A stretch of DNA of 64,000 nucleotides from Eledone cirrhosa (taxonomy: Eukaryota), in contig OZ024745.1 of NCBI GenBank assembly GCA_964016885.1, forward strand, positions 119,226,001 to 119,290,000. The letters run 5' to 3'. This document shows, piece by piece, positions 1 through 14,008 of this stretch. Positions within the stretch are counted from its first letter, which is position 1; each line of letters begins with the position of its first letter. Under the pieces are notes generated by a model. That model was not told where the DNA came from. It worked only from the letters and a program-made list of their open reading frames with translations, and did no database searches. Position numbers and translations under genes: made by a program.

Positions 1-198
1 TGTGTGTGTGTGTGTGTGTGTGTGTGTAGTGAGACGGCCTGCTTTAGAGTTTGTGTCAATGCCCCTGATTACGTCTGAGTGTCTGTGTATGGTGTGTGTG
101 TGTGTGTGTGTGTCTGTGTGTGTGTGTGTGTGTGTAGTGAGACGGCCTGCTTTAGAGTATGTGTCAATGCCCCTGATTACGTCTGAGTGTCTGTGTAT

Positions 199-230
<32 letters not shown>

Positions 231-536
231 TGTGTGTGCATCTGTCTGTGAATGTTTGTGTGTAGTGAGACGGCCTGCTTTAGAGTATGTGTCAATGCCC
301 TGATTACGTCTGTGTCAGGTCGTTATTCTATGTATGAGTGGCTGCATCCGTGTGTGCGCTTGTGTGTATGCATGCGTGTGAGTGTATATGTCTCTATATG
401 TGTATATGTCTCTATATGTCTATGTGTCTGCATCTCTCTCTCTATATATGTTTGTGTGTATTTCAAATATTATGTGTCAGAGACCCAGTATGTGCACGAA
501 AGTTTCTGAATCAATTGCTTGTGCGTCACTCTGCCT

Positions 537-574
<38 letters not shown>

Positions 575-591
575 ATGTGTATGTGTGTGTC

Positions 592-627
<36 letters not shown>

Positions 628-836
628 TGTGCATGTGTGTGCGTGTGTGTTTGTGCATGTGTGTGTGTGTGTGCATGTGTGTGTGTGTAGATGTGTGAGA
701 GCATGTGTGCATGTATGAGTGAATGTATACGTGTCTATGCGATATGTATGTGCATGTGTGCAAATACGTTTGTGTCAATGAGTGCGAATGTGCGTCAGAG
801 TAATGAAACGGATGCATTTCAGTATTTTTCTGTTAA

Positions 837-880
<44 letters not shown>

Positions 881-1006
881 TGTATGTGTATGTGTGTGTA
901 TGTGTGTGTGGTGCTATGTGCTATTTTGTCAGTTCGTAAATATGTGTGTGATGGCTTAGGTGGTAGTAAATGTATGAGTGAGTCCGTGAAAATATGTTTC
1001 GGACTT

Positions 1007-1105
<99 letters not shown>

Positions 1106-1210
1106 GTGTGTGCGTGCGTGTGTGTGCGTGCGTGTGCGCGCGTGTGTGTGTGTGTGTGTGTGTGTGCGTGCGTCTGTGTGATTGTGTGTGTGTGTGTGTG
1201 TACATATATG
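1..1210. repeat. (TG)n-rich microsatellite region with three copies of a ~60-bp unit
   Basis: Long TG runs. The unit 'agtgagacggcctgctttagagt.tgtgtcaatgcccctgattacgtctg' recurs at ~27, ~137 and ~263. Confidence 0.95.
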
Positions 1211-1544
1211 TAGCAATGGCCATATATCTTCGTTGTTGTTTAGCCCCAGGTCCACCATGATTGAAAAGACCTATGATGCAAAGCATTTCAGCTGTGAATA
1301 CCTCATCCTTTTTTCAATGAGGATCTAGTGTATATTTTAAGAATTTAAGAAACATTTAGCTGCTATTTCTAGTTAGTCAAACAACCACATATAGGTTCCT
1401 TCGTCTCTAAGTGGTAGCCACGTAGTTTTGGTGTATTATTTCATCCTTACAGGGTCGATAAAATAAAGCGTCAGTAATGCCAAAAGTAGAAACAATTATT
1501 TTTTAGCCCCATTTAGCCCCGTTTAGCCCATTTAGCCCAATTTA

Positions 1545-1745
1545 GCGGTGGATTGGCAGTATCGGTGGAGGGTCGGACCCTATGCTTTGCAGAATAGAGT
1601 TACGGCCCTTTACTGTCTCAGTTCAAATCCCGCCAAGGTTAACTTTGCCTTTCATCTTTACTTGATCGATAAAATAAAGTACCAGTAATGCACTGGTGCA
1701 ATTGCTGATCTGGTACCAATGCCAAAAGTAGAATCAATTATTTTT
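1545..1745 (+). mobile_element. tRNA-derived SINE, octopod-type family 1
   Basis: A-box-like 'ggattggcagtatcgg', B-box 'gttcaaatcc' and core 'ttgcctttcatc...gataaaataaagtaccagt'. More than 15 related copies occur in the window. Confidence 0.85.
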
Positions 1746-2033
1746 TTAGCCCTATTTCAACACTGAAAGGCGTTCCAATTGTGACCAACCCTTCTTTTCC
1801 ACTGTAGCAAGGATTACATTAGTCTCTATCCACCCTGCTACCGGTAGCATGACTTGACGGAGGTTTCGCTTCTCTATCAAGATCGTAGATATGTGTGCAT
1901 ATGTCTACATCTGCACGACTGTTATGAAGTGGCTATGCATCCAGGTATATGTCTATGCCTGTGTATCTATGAGGGTTTGCATCTGTGCTGTGAACGCGTG
2001 TAATTTCAACAGAAGACAGCTCTGTATATGTGC

Positions 2034-2077
<44 letters not shown>

Positions 2078-2080
<3 letters not shown>

Positions 2081-2276
2081 CAAGTAAGACCCCGACGGCT
2101 GAGCTCTAGCCGTTTCGACGGCTAATTCTGGACTCAGCGTCCAGAATTAGCCGACGAAACGGCTTGAGCTCAGCCGTCGGGGTCTTACTTGTTCCTATTA
2201 CCCACTCTACTACCCTAAGTATTGAGTACTTTGGTGCGTTATGGTCCACCTGATTCCTTACCACATTTCCTTCGTT

Positions 2277-2280
<4 letters not shown>
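2078..2280. mobile_element. Fold-back PLE pLTR fragment in (TA)n (family 'GAAACGGC')
   Basis: Palindrome 2078-2193 with loop tcagc, followed by a tail shared with 12922-13120, 20540-20790 and 45390-45920. Flanked by TA repeats. Confidence 0.7.
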
Positions 2281-2345
<65 letters not shown>

Positions 2346-2352
<7 letters not shown>

Positions 2353-2475
2353 GAGCGGAACAATTAAACATTAAACAATCTTTTAAATAAATTAAAATAC
2401 GATCTAAATATTTAAATCGTATTTTCATTTATTTAAAAGATTGTTTAATGTTTACTTGTTCCGCTCATTTTTATA
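2346..2475. repeat. Imperfect ~130-bp palindrome adjacent to (TA)n
   Basis: 'aaatgagcggaacaa...aaatacgat' pairs with 'atcgtatttt...ttgttccgctcattt'. Confidence 0.8.
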
Positions 2476-2768
2476 ATTCTGGTATCTCAAATGAGTACCA
2501 TTGAATAATCACTGTTATAGACACCATATATAATTCCGTGGGTACTTAGTACCTAGTGGAATATTTTATCATTTATATATACATATATATAGTAATAATA
2601 ATACATTTGAAGACTAAAATCCAAAGAGGGCTCGATAACAATAAATATATATCAAGTATATAAGAACCCTAGAGCAAATATTTATTAAAATAACAGATTA
2701 AAGTTTAAGCAAAGAATCGCTGCTTTCACCCTTAACGGGATCTGAAACAATCTGAAACTAAAACAATC

Positions 2769-4274
<1,506 letters not shown>

Positions 4275-4275
4275 T

Positions 4276-4326
<51 letters not shown>

Positions 4327-4339
4327 TATTCATACATAA

Positions 4340-4755
4340 TATATCTTTCCCTCATTATCGCTGCCATGTCCTGCGTCTCCAACAGACCAGAGTCTGTCCT
4401 TAGGGCATCAACACACGTTAACCCCATGCAGGGGCTCCCACAGGAGCACTGAGTGCAGTGTCAACTCTGGATGTCGGTGACTATGTCCAGCTAACCCCAG
4501 TCTCCTCTGTGTCACTTTTGAGCTGATTTTTGGGAGGCACCCATACAGCTCCGAGTTTTTCATCCTCAGTGTATACTGATTAATGTTCAGAGCCATCCTC
4601 AGCATTCTCGTGTAGCACCCATCCACCATCTGAGTGAGTTTCTTGGTCAGTTTCCAAGTCTCAGACCCGTACAGCAGCACAGACTCGACTACAGCAATGA
4701 AGAGGTGGATCTTCAGGTATTTACGAAGGTCCGACTTCCACACCGATCTCAAGTA
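4340..4755 (-). mobile_element. RTE-group LINE 3' fragment
   Basis: ESVLLYGSETW...RMLRMALNI...RRLGLAGH...LLWEP is a typical RTE C-terminus. Same family as 50288-50493 and 58688-59009. Confidence 0.85.
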
Positions 4756-5280
4756 TATATATATATATCCGTTAGACACGCAGTGACTAACAACAGAATG
4801 TTTTAAGTCTGCGTGTTCTGACATACATGCGTAGCTTGTGAATAAAAACATTCAAGGGGTATCGCTTGCCGTGGTGATCCCTCCCAAACATATTTTGTAA
4901 TGTATCGTCTTATTGGCTAATTTCATCGTTTTATTGGCTAATCAACCAACGAGATTAAATGTTGCTCAAAAGCATCAGCCACTTTGTTTGCATGTTTATT
5001 TGTCGTTTCGCTATCGAATCTTCCTCCAGTATTTCGTCGTTTATCATCAAAATATTTTTCTCGATTTGATAAGTTATATTGTTAATTCATTTATGATTTT
5101 TAAAATTTATATTAACTATTAAAAGTCTGAAAATATTTTTATACATCTTACACTAATATTTATAAGATCATTTATAACATAACAATTATATAATCTAATT
5201 ACATTACAACGATAATTTATTATTAATATATATCATGTTTAACTAGAGTTATTACAAGCGTTGCCTTAAACAATATTAAA

Positions 5281-5726
5281 CTAGACCTGAAAAATGCGCA
5301 AGCTCAAAAGAGCCACAGAATGTTATAATAAACCTTCAAAAGTGTGGGACTAGAGTTGTTGCTCAAAAATATTGTAATATCTATCGTACACTCTGTGGCA
5401 TCCTTTCATAAAAAAGAGACTCATAACGAACTCAAGATGACACGATAATTATTTAAGTGAATTTATAATATAGAATTCGGTTTAAGTGCATTTCGTATTA
5501 ATCATTACTAAACATCTAATATGAGATATTGAACATTAGCTTAAATAATTATCTTGTCGTCTTGAGTTCGTTATGAGTCTCTTTTTTTTTTTATAAAAGG
5601 ATGCCACAGATTGCAGGATAGATAATGATTACAATATTTTTTAGCAACAACTCTAGTCCCACACTTTTGAAGTTTTATTATAACATTCTGTGGCTCTTTT
5701 GAGCTTGCGCATTTTTCAGGTTTAGT
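5281..5726. repeat. Inverted repeat with ~180-bp arms
   Basis: 5281-5457 is the diverged reverse complement of 5540-5726. It abuts (TA)n. Confidence 0.85.
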
Positions 5727-5760
5727 ATATGTATGTATATACACATATATACATATATTC

Positions 5761-5804
<44 letters not shown>

Positions 5805-5844
5805 TTCAAAATATTAACAAAATAGATATTCTTGTGATCAATTA

Positions 5845-5911
5845 TATTTTATTATACATATTTCAGAGGTACTGAGTTAAGTTCAAAAGTACGACCTCAT
5901 CAGATAAAATA
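5845..5911 (-). ncRNA. Minimal type I hammerhead ribozyme (family A)
   Basis: Minus strand reads UAUUUUAU-CUGAUGA-GGUCGUAC..GUACCUCU-GAAA-UAUGUA-UA/AUAAAAUA, with an 8-bp stem I and a near-palindromic stem III. Confidence 0.72.
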
Positions 5912-5942
5912 AAATGATACATGCCATACCCTGACATATTAG

Positions 5943-5978
5943 ATGGTTAAGATTTAGTCATGGTATTATATAGTCATG

Positions 5979-6038
<60 letters not shown>

Positions 6039-6075
6039 CATGACTATATAATACCATGACTAAATCTTAACCATA
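5943..6075. repeat. Perfect inverted repeat centred on (TA)n
   Basis: 'atggttaagatttagtcatggtattatatagtcatgtt' and its exact reverse complement flank a TA tract. Confidence 0.9.
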
Positions 6076-6340
6076 TATATACGGAAAAAATGAAACGAAA
6101 TTTCATTTCTCACTCTTAGTACGGCTGTTACTTAAATATAAGTATGTATACGTACATACATACATGTATACAGACGTACAGTAGTATGTATATATACATA
6201 CATGCACACATATATATATATATATATATGTTCGTATGGATTCACCGAACATTTATTATAATGCTCGGTGTGTTTGTAAACAAACATCCCGAATTAAGCC
6301 GTACAGTGTCTAGCAACCATCGTTACTCATTTGTTCAACA

Positions 6341-6409
6341 CTGACAAAGGAACGCTGTACTAGTTTCAAGCTTATTAGCTATCGTCAGCAACGTATACCT
6401 TCCTGCCAG
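6341..6409 (-). ncRNA. Type I hammerhead ribozyme (family B)
   Basis: CGUUG-CUGACGA-UAGCU(AAUA)AGCUU-GAAA-CUAG-UA/CAGCG, with palindromic stem III ACUAGU and an extended stem I. Confidence 0.75.
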
Positions 6410-6569
6410 ATGATTGAACGTTTGAAAGTATATACTTTCCTAATGTATATTAACGGCTGAGCAGCTTAATTTGCATATTGAGTGAGTTAGTCGGGCAGGT
6501 GTACCGAAAACGATAAGTGGAAAAAATGTTGAACAAAAGGGCAACGATGGTTTTCAAACGTTCAATCGA

Positions 6570-6638
6570 CTGACAGAAAGGTATACGGCGCTGATGACAG
6601 ATAATAAGCTAGAAACGAGTTCATCGTTCCTTTGTCAG
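6570..6638 (+). ncRNA. Type I hammerhead, partly degenerate (family B)
   Basis: CGGCG-CUGAUGA-CAGAU(AAUA)AGCUA-GAAA-CGAG-UU/CAUCG. Confidence 0.6.
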
Positions 6639-6995
6639 TGTTGAACAAAAGGGCAACGATGGTTTTCCGAACACTGTACCGCTAATAATTCGGGACGTTT
6701 GTTTACAAACAAACCGAGCATTATAATAAATGTTCTATGAACCCATACGTACATATATATGTGTGTGCATGTATGTATGTATATACATACTAGTGTACGT
6801 CTGTATACATATATGTATGTACGTATACATACTTATATTTAAGTATCAGCCGTACTAAGAGTGAGAAATGAAATTTCATTTTTTCCATTTATCGTTTTCG
6901 GTACACCCGGCCGACTAACTCACTCGGTATACAAATTAGGCTTCTCAGTCGTTACTATGCATAAGGAAAGTATATACTTTCAACCTTTCAATCAA

Positions 6996-7060
6996 CTGAC
7001 AGGAAGGAATACGGTGTTGATGACAGCTAATAAGCTAGAAACTAGTTCATCGCTCCTTTG
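6996..7060 (+). ncRNA. Type I hammerhead with a C3U change (family B)
   Basis: CGGUG-UUGAUGA-CAGCU(AAUA)AGCUA-GAAA-CUAG-UU/CAUCG. Confidence 0.6.
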
Positions 7061-7168
7061 TAAGTGTTGAACAAAAGGGCAACGATGGTTTTCTGAACAC
7101 TGTACGGCTTAAATCGGGTTGTTTACAAACAAACCGAGCATTATAATAAATGTTCGGTAAACCCATAC

Positions 7169-7227
<59 letters not shown>

Positions 7228-7297
7228 CATGTATGTATGTATATACATACTAGTGTACGTCTGTATACATATATGTATGTACGTATACATACTTATA

Positions 7298-7370
<73 letters not shown>

Positions 7371-7539
7371 GTGTACATACATATATATATATATACATAC
7401 ACACATATATACATCTAGAAAGATCTGTATGTGTGTTGTATATCTGGAAAGTCAGTGTGTCTAGTTGGAGTTGCTTGACAGACTTGAAAGGGTGTTTAAT
7501 ATAAAGACATAACTAATAGAGAATTATTGTCTGGGTTTG

Positions 7540-7621
7540 TGTGTGTGTATGTTTAAGTGTATGTATGTGTATGTTTCAGTGTATGTATATGTGTTTCAGT
7601 GTATGTATGTGTCCGCGTGTG

Positions 7622-7673
<52 letters not shown>

Positions 7674-7752
7674 TGTATGTATGTGTGTGTGTATGTTTCA
7701 GTGTATATATATATGTGCCTGCGTGTGTATTATTCAGTGAATGTATGTGTGC

Positions 7753-7829
<77 letters not shown>

Positions 7830-7914
7830 TGTATGTATGTGTGTGTGTATGTTTCAGTGTATATATATATATATATGTGCCTGCGTGTGTATTATTCAGT
7901 GAATGTATGTGTGC

Positions 7915-7989
<75 letters not shown>

Positions 7990-8074
7990 TGTATGTATGT
8001 GTGTGTGTATGTTTCAGTGTATATATATATATATATGTGCCTGCGTGTGTATTATTCAGTGAATGTATGTGTCC

Positions 8075-8113
<39 letters not shown>

Positions 8114-8698
8114 CATGTTACCAGTAGCACCAGTACAACCTGTCTCATGGTCGGGTCGTTGGCGACTAAACTGGCAACCCCACCAAGGTTTCTTGGTGAG
8201 GAGGGTGACTTTGGACATCCTGCAGGACTAAAAACAAAACCTGTCAAAGGGCAAAGGAGCTCTTAAGAGTCAATGGCCATCCAAAATCACCGGGAGAGAT
8301 GACCCCTTAGCCTTTGTCAAGGCAGAATTCTAGGAGAAGGAAAACTCTGATATAACACCTGCAACCCTGATGGTATCCAATGATGTTGACTTGTTCTTCT
8401 TTTTGGTAAATATCATCTTGGTTAAGAGAGTGGGACTGGCTTTGTGCAGTGCCTTTGCCCACTATAAAAGCTTCACGGCACAGGCATTGCTTTATATCTG
8501 GAGATCTCTCTGCACTTGTCGTCACATGGTACCATGGGCCCAGCACTATGTGTCAGTAATTGTCACAAGTGTAGTGTTTGTACCAGAGTTTTCAAGTCGC
8601 TGGCTGGACTAAAAAGTCACACTCGTTCAGCGCATCGGTAGGGGTTCTCCTACATGGATATAAAGTAGTGGCCGTACTCGAAAACGAGTTGGCAGCCA

Positions 8699-8791
<93 letters not shown>

Positions 8792-8876
8792 TGTATGTAT
8801 GTGTGTGTGTATGTTTCAGTGTATATATATATATATATGTGCCTGCGTGTGTATTATTCAGTGAATGTATGTGTCC

Positions 8877-8943
<67 letters not shown>

Positions 8944-9030
8944 TGTATGTATGTGTGTGTGTATGTTTCAGTGTATATATATATATATGTGCCTGCGTGT
9001 GTATTATTCAGTGAATGTATGTGTGCGTGT
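7540..9030. repeat. Compound tandem repeat ((TA)n plus a ~90-bp TG-rich unit, ~5 copies) interrupted by an insertion at 8115-8700
   Basis: The unit 'cagtgtatgtatgtgtgtgtgtatgtttcagtg...gcctgcgtgtgtattattcagtgaatg' recurs at ~7671, 7827, 7987, 8789 and 8941. Confidence 0.9.
8113..8370 (+). mobile_element. Probable RTE LINE 5' UTR with an HDV-like ribozyme remnant
   Basis: Homologous to 41845-41907 (+) and ~41665-41820 (-). Contains CAUGGUC-GG-G(UCG UUGG CGA)-CUAA-ACUGG, where ACUGG pairs with an upstream CCAGU. P3/L3 is shorter than canonical. Confidence 0.45.
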
Positions 9031-9279
9031 GTTGTCGAGTGAGTGTAGAGTAACATCGTGCGTGTCTGACGCCCTTCACCGTAAGCTGTGTATGTATATG
9101 TGTGTATTCAGTGTAGAGATGTGTATATCTGTATGTGTGTATGTGTATGTATATATATATATTAGGCCATATGCCTGATAATGTATGTATATCCGTAGGT
9201 GCGCGCGTGTGTGTGTGCACGTACAGAGACCCTCCTCTATACACAATTATAGAGAAACGTATATATATACCTATATATG

Positions 9280-9311
<32 letters not shown>

Positions 9312-9374
9312 TATATACCTATATATGTAGATATATATATATATACACACACATATATATACACATATATACCA

Positions 9375-9433
<59 letters not shown>

Positions 9434-9508
9434 CATATATATATACATATATAAATATATATACATACATATATACACACATATATATATACATATATAT
9501 ATACATAT

Positions 9509-9561
<53 letters not shown>

Positions 9562-9622
9562 TACATACATATACATGCATACATACATATACATACATAT
9601 ACATACATACATATACATCTAC

Positions 9623-9709
<87 letters not shown>

Positions 9710-10244
9710 TATATAAATATATATATACATACATATACATGCATGCATACATACACATACATATACATACATACATATACATATATATATATATACACAT
9801 ATATATATATACATACATATATATATACATATATATATATATATACATACATTCATACATACATACATATATACATATATATATATAAATATCCTTTCCC
9901 CTATTTATATGCCTATATGCATGTGTGAGTGTATGTGTATGCAAGGGCATTGCCCTGCAGGTGTCTAGAGCGTTCTTCTATTCAGCTGCACAAATAATGA
10001 ATATTTGAAAGTGTGTATGTGTGTGCATGTATGAGTCTGTGTCTGTGTGTGAGTGAATAGCTAGTGTCATGGCGAAGAAGTTCGCTATAACACCACGAAG
10101 CACTGGGTTTATAAAAACGGTCACTTGTGCTGCGCCTAGGTCTCGAAACGCCAACTTTCTCTTATATTGGGTGGCATGGACATTGTATGAATATTAAATA
10201 AGGATACACGTGTATATGGAATAATCAGTTACTTAATCTACTGT

Positions 10245-10325
10245 GAAGGCTCATGGCTTAGAGGCTAGAGCGACGAGCTTACAATGGAGAGGTTGAGAGT
10301 TCGATTCTCGGACCGTGCTTGGCGT
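10245..10325 (+). mobile_element. tRNA-like head of SINE family 2
   Basis: 'tggcttagaggctagagcg...gttcgattctcggacc'. Related copies at ~14520-14750 (-) and ~26120-26320 (+). Confidence 0.7.
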
Positions 10326-10349
10326 TGCCATTATTATTAGTTTGTAACA

Positions 10350-10645
10350 AGGGGAATGCATTGCCAGTATCGGTAGAGGGTCGGACGCCATGCTTTGCAG
10401 CAAAGAGTTACGGCCCTTTATGGTCTGAGTTCTAAATCCCGCCGAGATTAACTTTGCCTTTCATCCTTACGAGGTCGATAAAATAAAGTACCAGTAATGC
10501 ACTGGGATAATTGCCGGCCTTGTGCCAAATATAGAAATAATTGTTATCAGTTTGGAGGGCGGTGGATTGACAGTATCGGAAGAAGGCAGGACGCCATGCT
10601 TTGCAGCATATAGTTACGTCCCTTTACAGTCTGAGTTCAAATCCA
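10350..10645 (+). mobile_element. SINE family 1: one full copy plus a 5' partial copy
   Basis: Same core as the 1545 copy. The second copy is cut at B-box 'gttcaaatcc' by the retrozyme-like element. Confidence 0.85.
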
Positions 10646-10646
10646 T

Positions 10647-11292
10647 CAAAAACCAGTATGACTCTAAAAACCGGTTTGTCTGTGTGTTTACATACAGAAT
10701 AGCTGGGTGCTCACAGTAAAGCAACCAGTGAAAGACTTGTTACATATACATATGTATACGTGTGTGTATTCATATACACACTAGTATTTCAGTATGCATA
10801 TGTAGATGTAATTTTTTAACTTAATTGTTTAAGCGTCAGTCATACAAAAGTGAGTTACAAACGAAACGAAATTTAATTTCGTTTCGTCATTTGTTTTTAT
10901 CGTCTCCGCTGAACCGGTGCGTACTCACACTCTATGCAAATTAGTCTGCCCACTACTAATTTTCATAGAAAAAGCATATAACGATATGTGCTTTTACAAT
11001 TCTCCAGAAAGGCCGGTAGATAGGTAAATATTGCTGATGAGTTGTAACAACAACGAAACTAGTTCAATATTCCTTGTCTGGCTTTCTGGAGAATAGAGGG
11101 AAGGTGTTCCCTCAAAAACCAGTATGACTCTAAAAACCGGTTTGTCTGTGTGTTTACATACAGAATAGCTGGGTGCTCACAGTAAAGCAACCAGTGAAAG
11201 ACTTGTTACATATACATATGTATACGTGTGTGTATTCATATACACACTAGTATTTCAGTATGCATATGTAGATGTAATTTTTTAACTTAATT
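10647..11292 (+). mobile_element. Retrozyme/pLTR-like partial tandem (466-bp period) with a hammerhead
   Basis: An apparently exact direct repeat, 10647-10825 and 11113-11292, brackets a hammerhead. Divergently homologous to the 6083-7275 family. Confidence 0.8.
10999..11094 (+). ncRNA. Intact type I hammerhead ribozyme with extended stem I
   Basis: AAUAUUG-CUGAUGA-GUUGU(AACA)ACAAC-GAAA-CUAG-UU/CAAUAUU, with outer stem AUUCUCCAGAAAG/CUUUCUGGAGAAU. Confidence 0.9.
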
Positions 11293-11311
11293 ATATATAT
11301 ATATATATATA

Positions 11312-11424
11312 TATGCATATATATATAAAATAAAATCAGTTATATTTCTGGCCCTAGCACAGGGGATACATAAATGTAGGTTTGCACACGTAAACACGTA
11401 AACACACACACATACACACATATG

Positions 11425-11499
<75 letters not shown>

Positions 11500-11509
11500 G
11501 TCTCTCTCA

Positions 11510-11573
<64 letters not shown>

Positions 11574-11690
11574 ACATATGTCTGTGTGTGTGTATGTGTT
11601 TACGTGTTTACGTGTGCATACTTACATTTATGTATCCCCTGTGCTAGGGCCAGAAATATAACTGATTTTATTTTATATATATATGCATAT
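11312..11690. repeat. Inverted repeat (~110-bp arms) flanking (TA)n
   Basis: 'aaaatcagttatatttctggccctagcacaggggataca...' and its reverse complement, with a few mismatches. Confidence 0.88.
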
Positions 11691-11719
11691 ATATATATAT
11701 ATATGCATATATATATATA

Positions 11720-11770
<51 letters not shown>

Positions 11771-12020
11771 TACACATTCACACATACAAGCTTTACAGTA
11801 ATTGGTATCTTATCAAGGCACACCATTGATAAGATAGCAATATAGTGCAGCAGTTTAATAAATGTGAAAAAAAACTCATTTATTATAAATTAATATGCAC
11901 TCTACATAACTATATAGTGAGTACTTTCTTTGATTTACATTCTATTCGCAATACAAGCCTTTTTTGTGAACTGTGAATACACACACACACACTCACACAC
12001 ACACACACACAAACAGACAC

Positions 12021-12081
<61 letters not shown>

Positions 12082-12183
12082 AATATATATATATATATAT
12101 ATTTATATACACATGTATGAATATATATATATATATATATAGAAACTTAGTTGGCATGGCTTTATTCACCTGAACTTTCACCC

Positions 12184-12234
<51 letters not shown>

Positions 12235-12239
12235 GTGTG

Positions 12240-12408
12240 TGAAACGCAATCTTCGAGATACGCGGCAAGCGCTCAATGGACTAATAGAAGACCAGAGCAA
12301 TTAACATACGTTATAGAGGCCAGGCAAAATGAAAACAGTGGCCGTGAAGCCATCAGCCACCGGGGCCAAAAAAATGAAGCAAGCTAAACAGGTTAACAAA
12401 ATAATTTA
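12240..12408. repeat. Dispersed structured repeat, homologous to 20270-20455
   Basis: Shared blocks gaaacgcaa, agcgctc.atgga, cagagc, gaagccat, caagctaaa and aacaaaataa. Both copies are flanked by microsatellites. Confidence 0.6.
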
Positions 12409-12416
12409 TATATATG

Positions 12417-12509
<93 letters not shown>

Positions 12510-12665
12510 GCGATGCACAATTACGTTGAAATCTTCAAAATATGTAGTTGTTGATATTTGATGATATAAAGAAAGAAATAAAGCCCACCCAGAAACCAGA
12601 CTCAGCATAAAACCTACAGACAAGATGGCTCTGTAAATAAAGGAATACATAATTAAAAGAAAACA

Positions 12666-12707
12666 AATATTTTCTGAAGGAGGTTTATGCCGAAATATTA
12701 GAATATA
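12666..12707 (+). ncRNA. Degenerate minimal hammerhead
   Basis: AUAUUUU-CUGAAGG-A-GGU(UUAU)GCC-GAAA-UA-UU/AGAAUAU, with an A9G change. Confidence 0.4.
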
Positions 12708-12921
12708 TTTTTCTTCAGACTTTTAATAAAACCCTCAGACATGATAACATGTAAAACAACGGAGGACATGAAAAGAATTCGCAATGATGAACACACTCAC
12801 ACACATACACGCATACACGTCGATACATACCGTATCATACACACATACCTGCGATGGTTAATACGAACTGAGGAACTGAAGAACTTACATAAATATGTGA
12901 ATATATATATATATATATTAC

Positions 12922-13118
12922 AAAGGAAATGTGGTAAGGAACCAGGTGGACCATAACGCACCAGAGTACTCAATACTTTGGGTAGTAGAGTGGGTAATAG
13001 GAAAATGTTCCAAGACCCCGACGGCAGAGCTCAAGCCGTTTCGACGGCTATTTCTGGACTCAGAAATAGCCGTCGAAACGGCTTGAGCTCTGCCGTCGGG
13101 GTATTGAACATTTTCCTA
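12922..13118. mobile_element. Fold-back pLTR fragment (family 'GAAACGGC')
   Basis: Palindrome ~12997-13118 plus the shared tail in minus orientation, within TA. Confidence 0.7.
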
Positions 13119-13169
13119 TATATATATATTACATATATGTGTGCGGGTGTGTGTAAACTCAACTCTGTG

Positions 13170-13238
<69 letters not shown>

Positions 13239-13245
13239 GTATATA

Positions 13246-13396
<151 letters not shown>

Positions 13397-13469
13397 TATA
13401 TACATATATATACATATATATATATATACATATAATATAAGATCAAAAGATGGTTAAAAGAGTTCCATG

Positions 13470-13540
13470 TATTTTATTATGCGCAGTTCAAAAACAAATA
13501 TCATCATGGGATGATATTTGCGTTCTCATGAGATAAAATA
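13470..13540 (-). ncRNA. Degenerate type I hammerhead with the same stem I as family A
   Basis: UAUUUUAU-CUCAUGA-long stem II (CAAAUAUCAUC/GAUGAUAUUUG)-GAAC-UGCGCA-UA/AUAAAAUA, with two core substitutions. Confidence 0.55.
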
Positions 13541-13932
13541 GTGAGACATGATATGAAACTTAAAACACACTTGCGAGCTGTGAAGTGTTAAATCAACATA
13601 TGAAAAATAAGATAAGATGGATATATGAGATTGGGAAAAAAGAAGGAAGGGGAAGGAACAGGTAAGGAAGAGGAAGAAAGAAAATCGAGTGCTACTTATC
13701 CGATATTTGCATTGCTTTATTGTGCTACAATAAAACTCACCTCCTACATATATATACATATATGTATTTGGCGAACTGCAGTCGGGACTTTGAAGAAAAA
13801 ATAGGTATATTTTTGTCTATTATTTTCTCGTATTTTTAATTTGATATATATATATGTGTGTTTGTGTGACTGGATCATTAATCGGCAGTTTCGCCGAAAC
13901 TGGTATACCAACCAAGCGAAATAAATATAATA

Positions 13933-14008
<76 letters not shown>

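Larger units (their letters stand above)
6083..7275. mobile_element. Retrozyme/pLTR-like locus: one inverted unit plus ~1.7 head-to-tail ~426-bp units, each with a hammerhead (family B)
   Basis: 6083-6525 is inverted relative to 6525-7275. Hammerhead cores at 6591 and 7017 give a period of 426 bp. Non-coding and TA-flanked. Confidence 0.75.

Noticed and set aside
1545-1745. SINE heads as tRNA genes
   Set aside because: A/B boxes are present, but there is no cloverleaf and they continue into a repeated SINE body.
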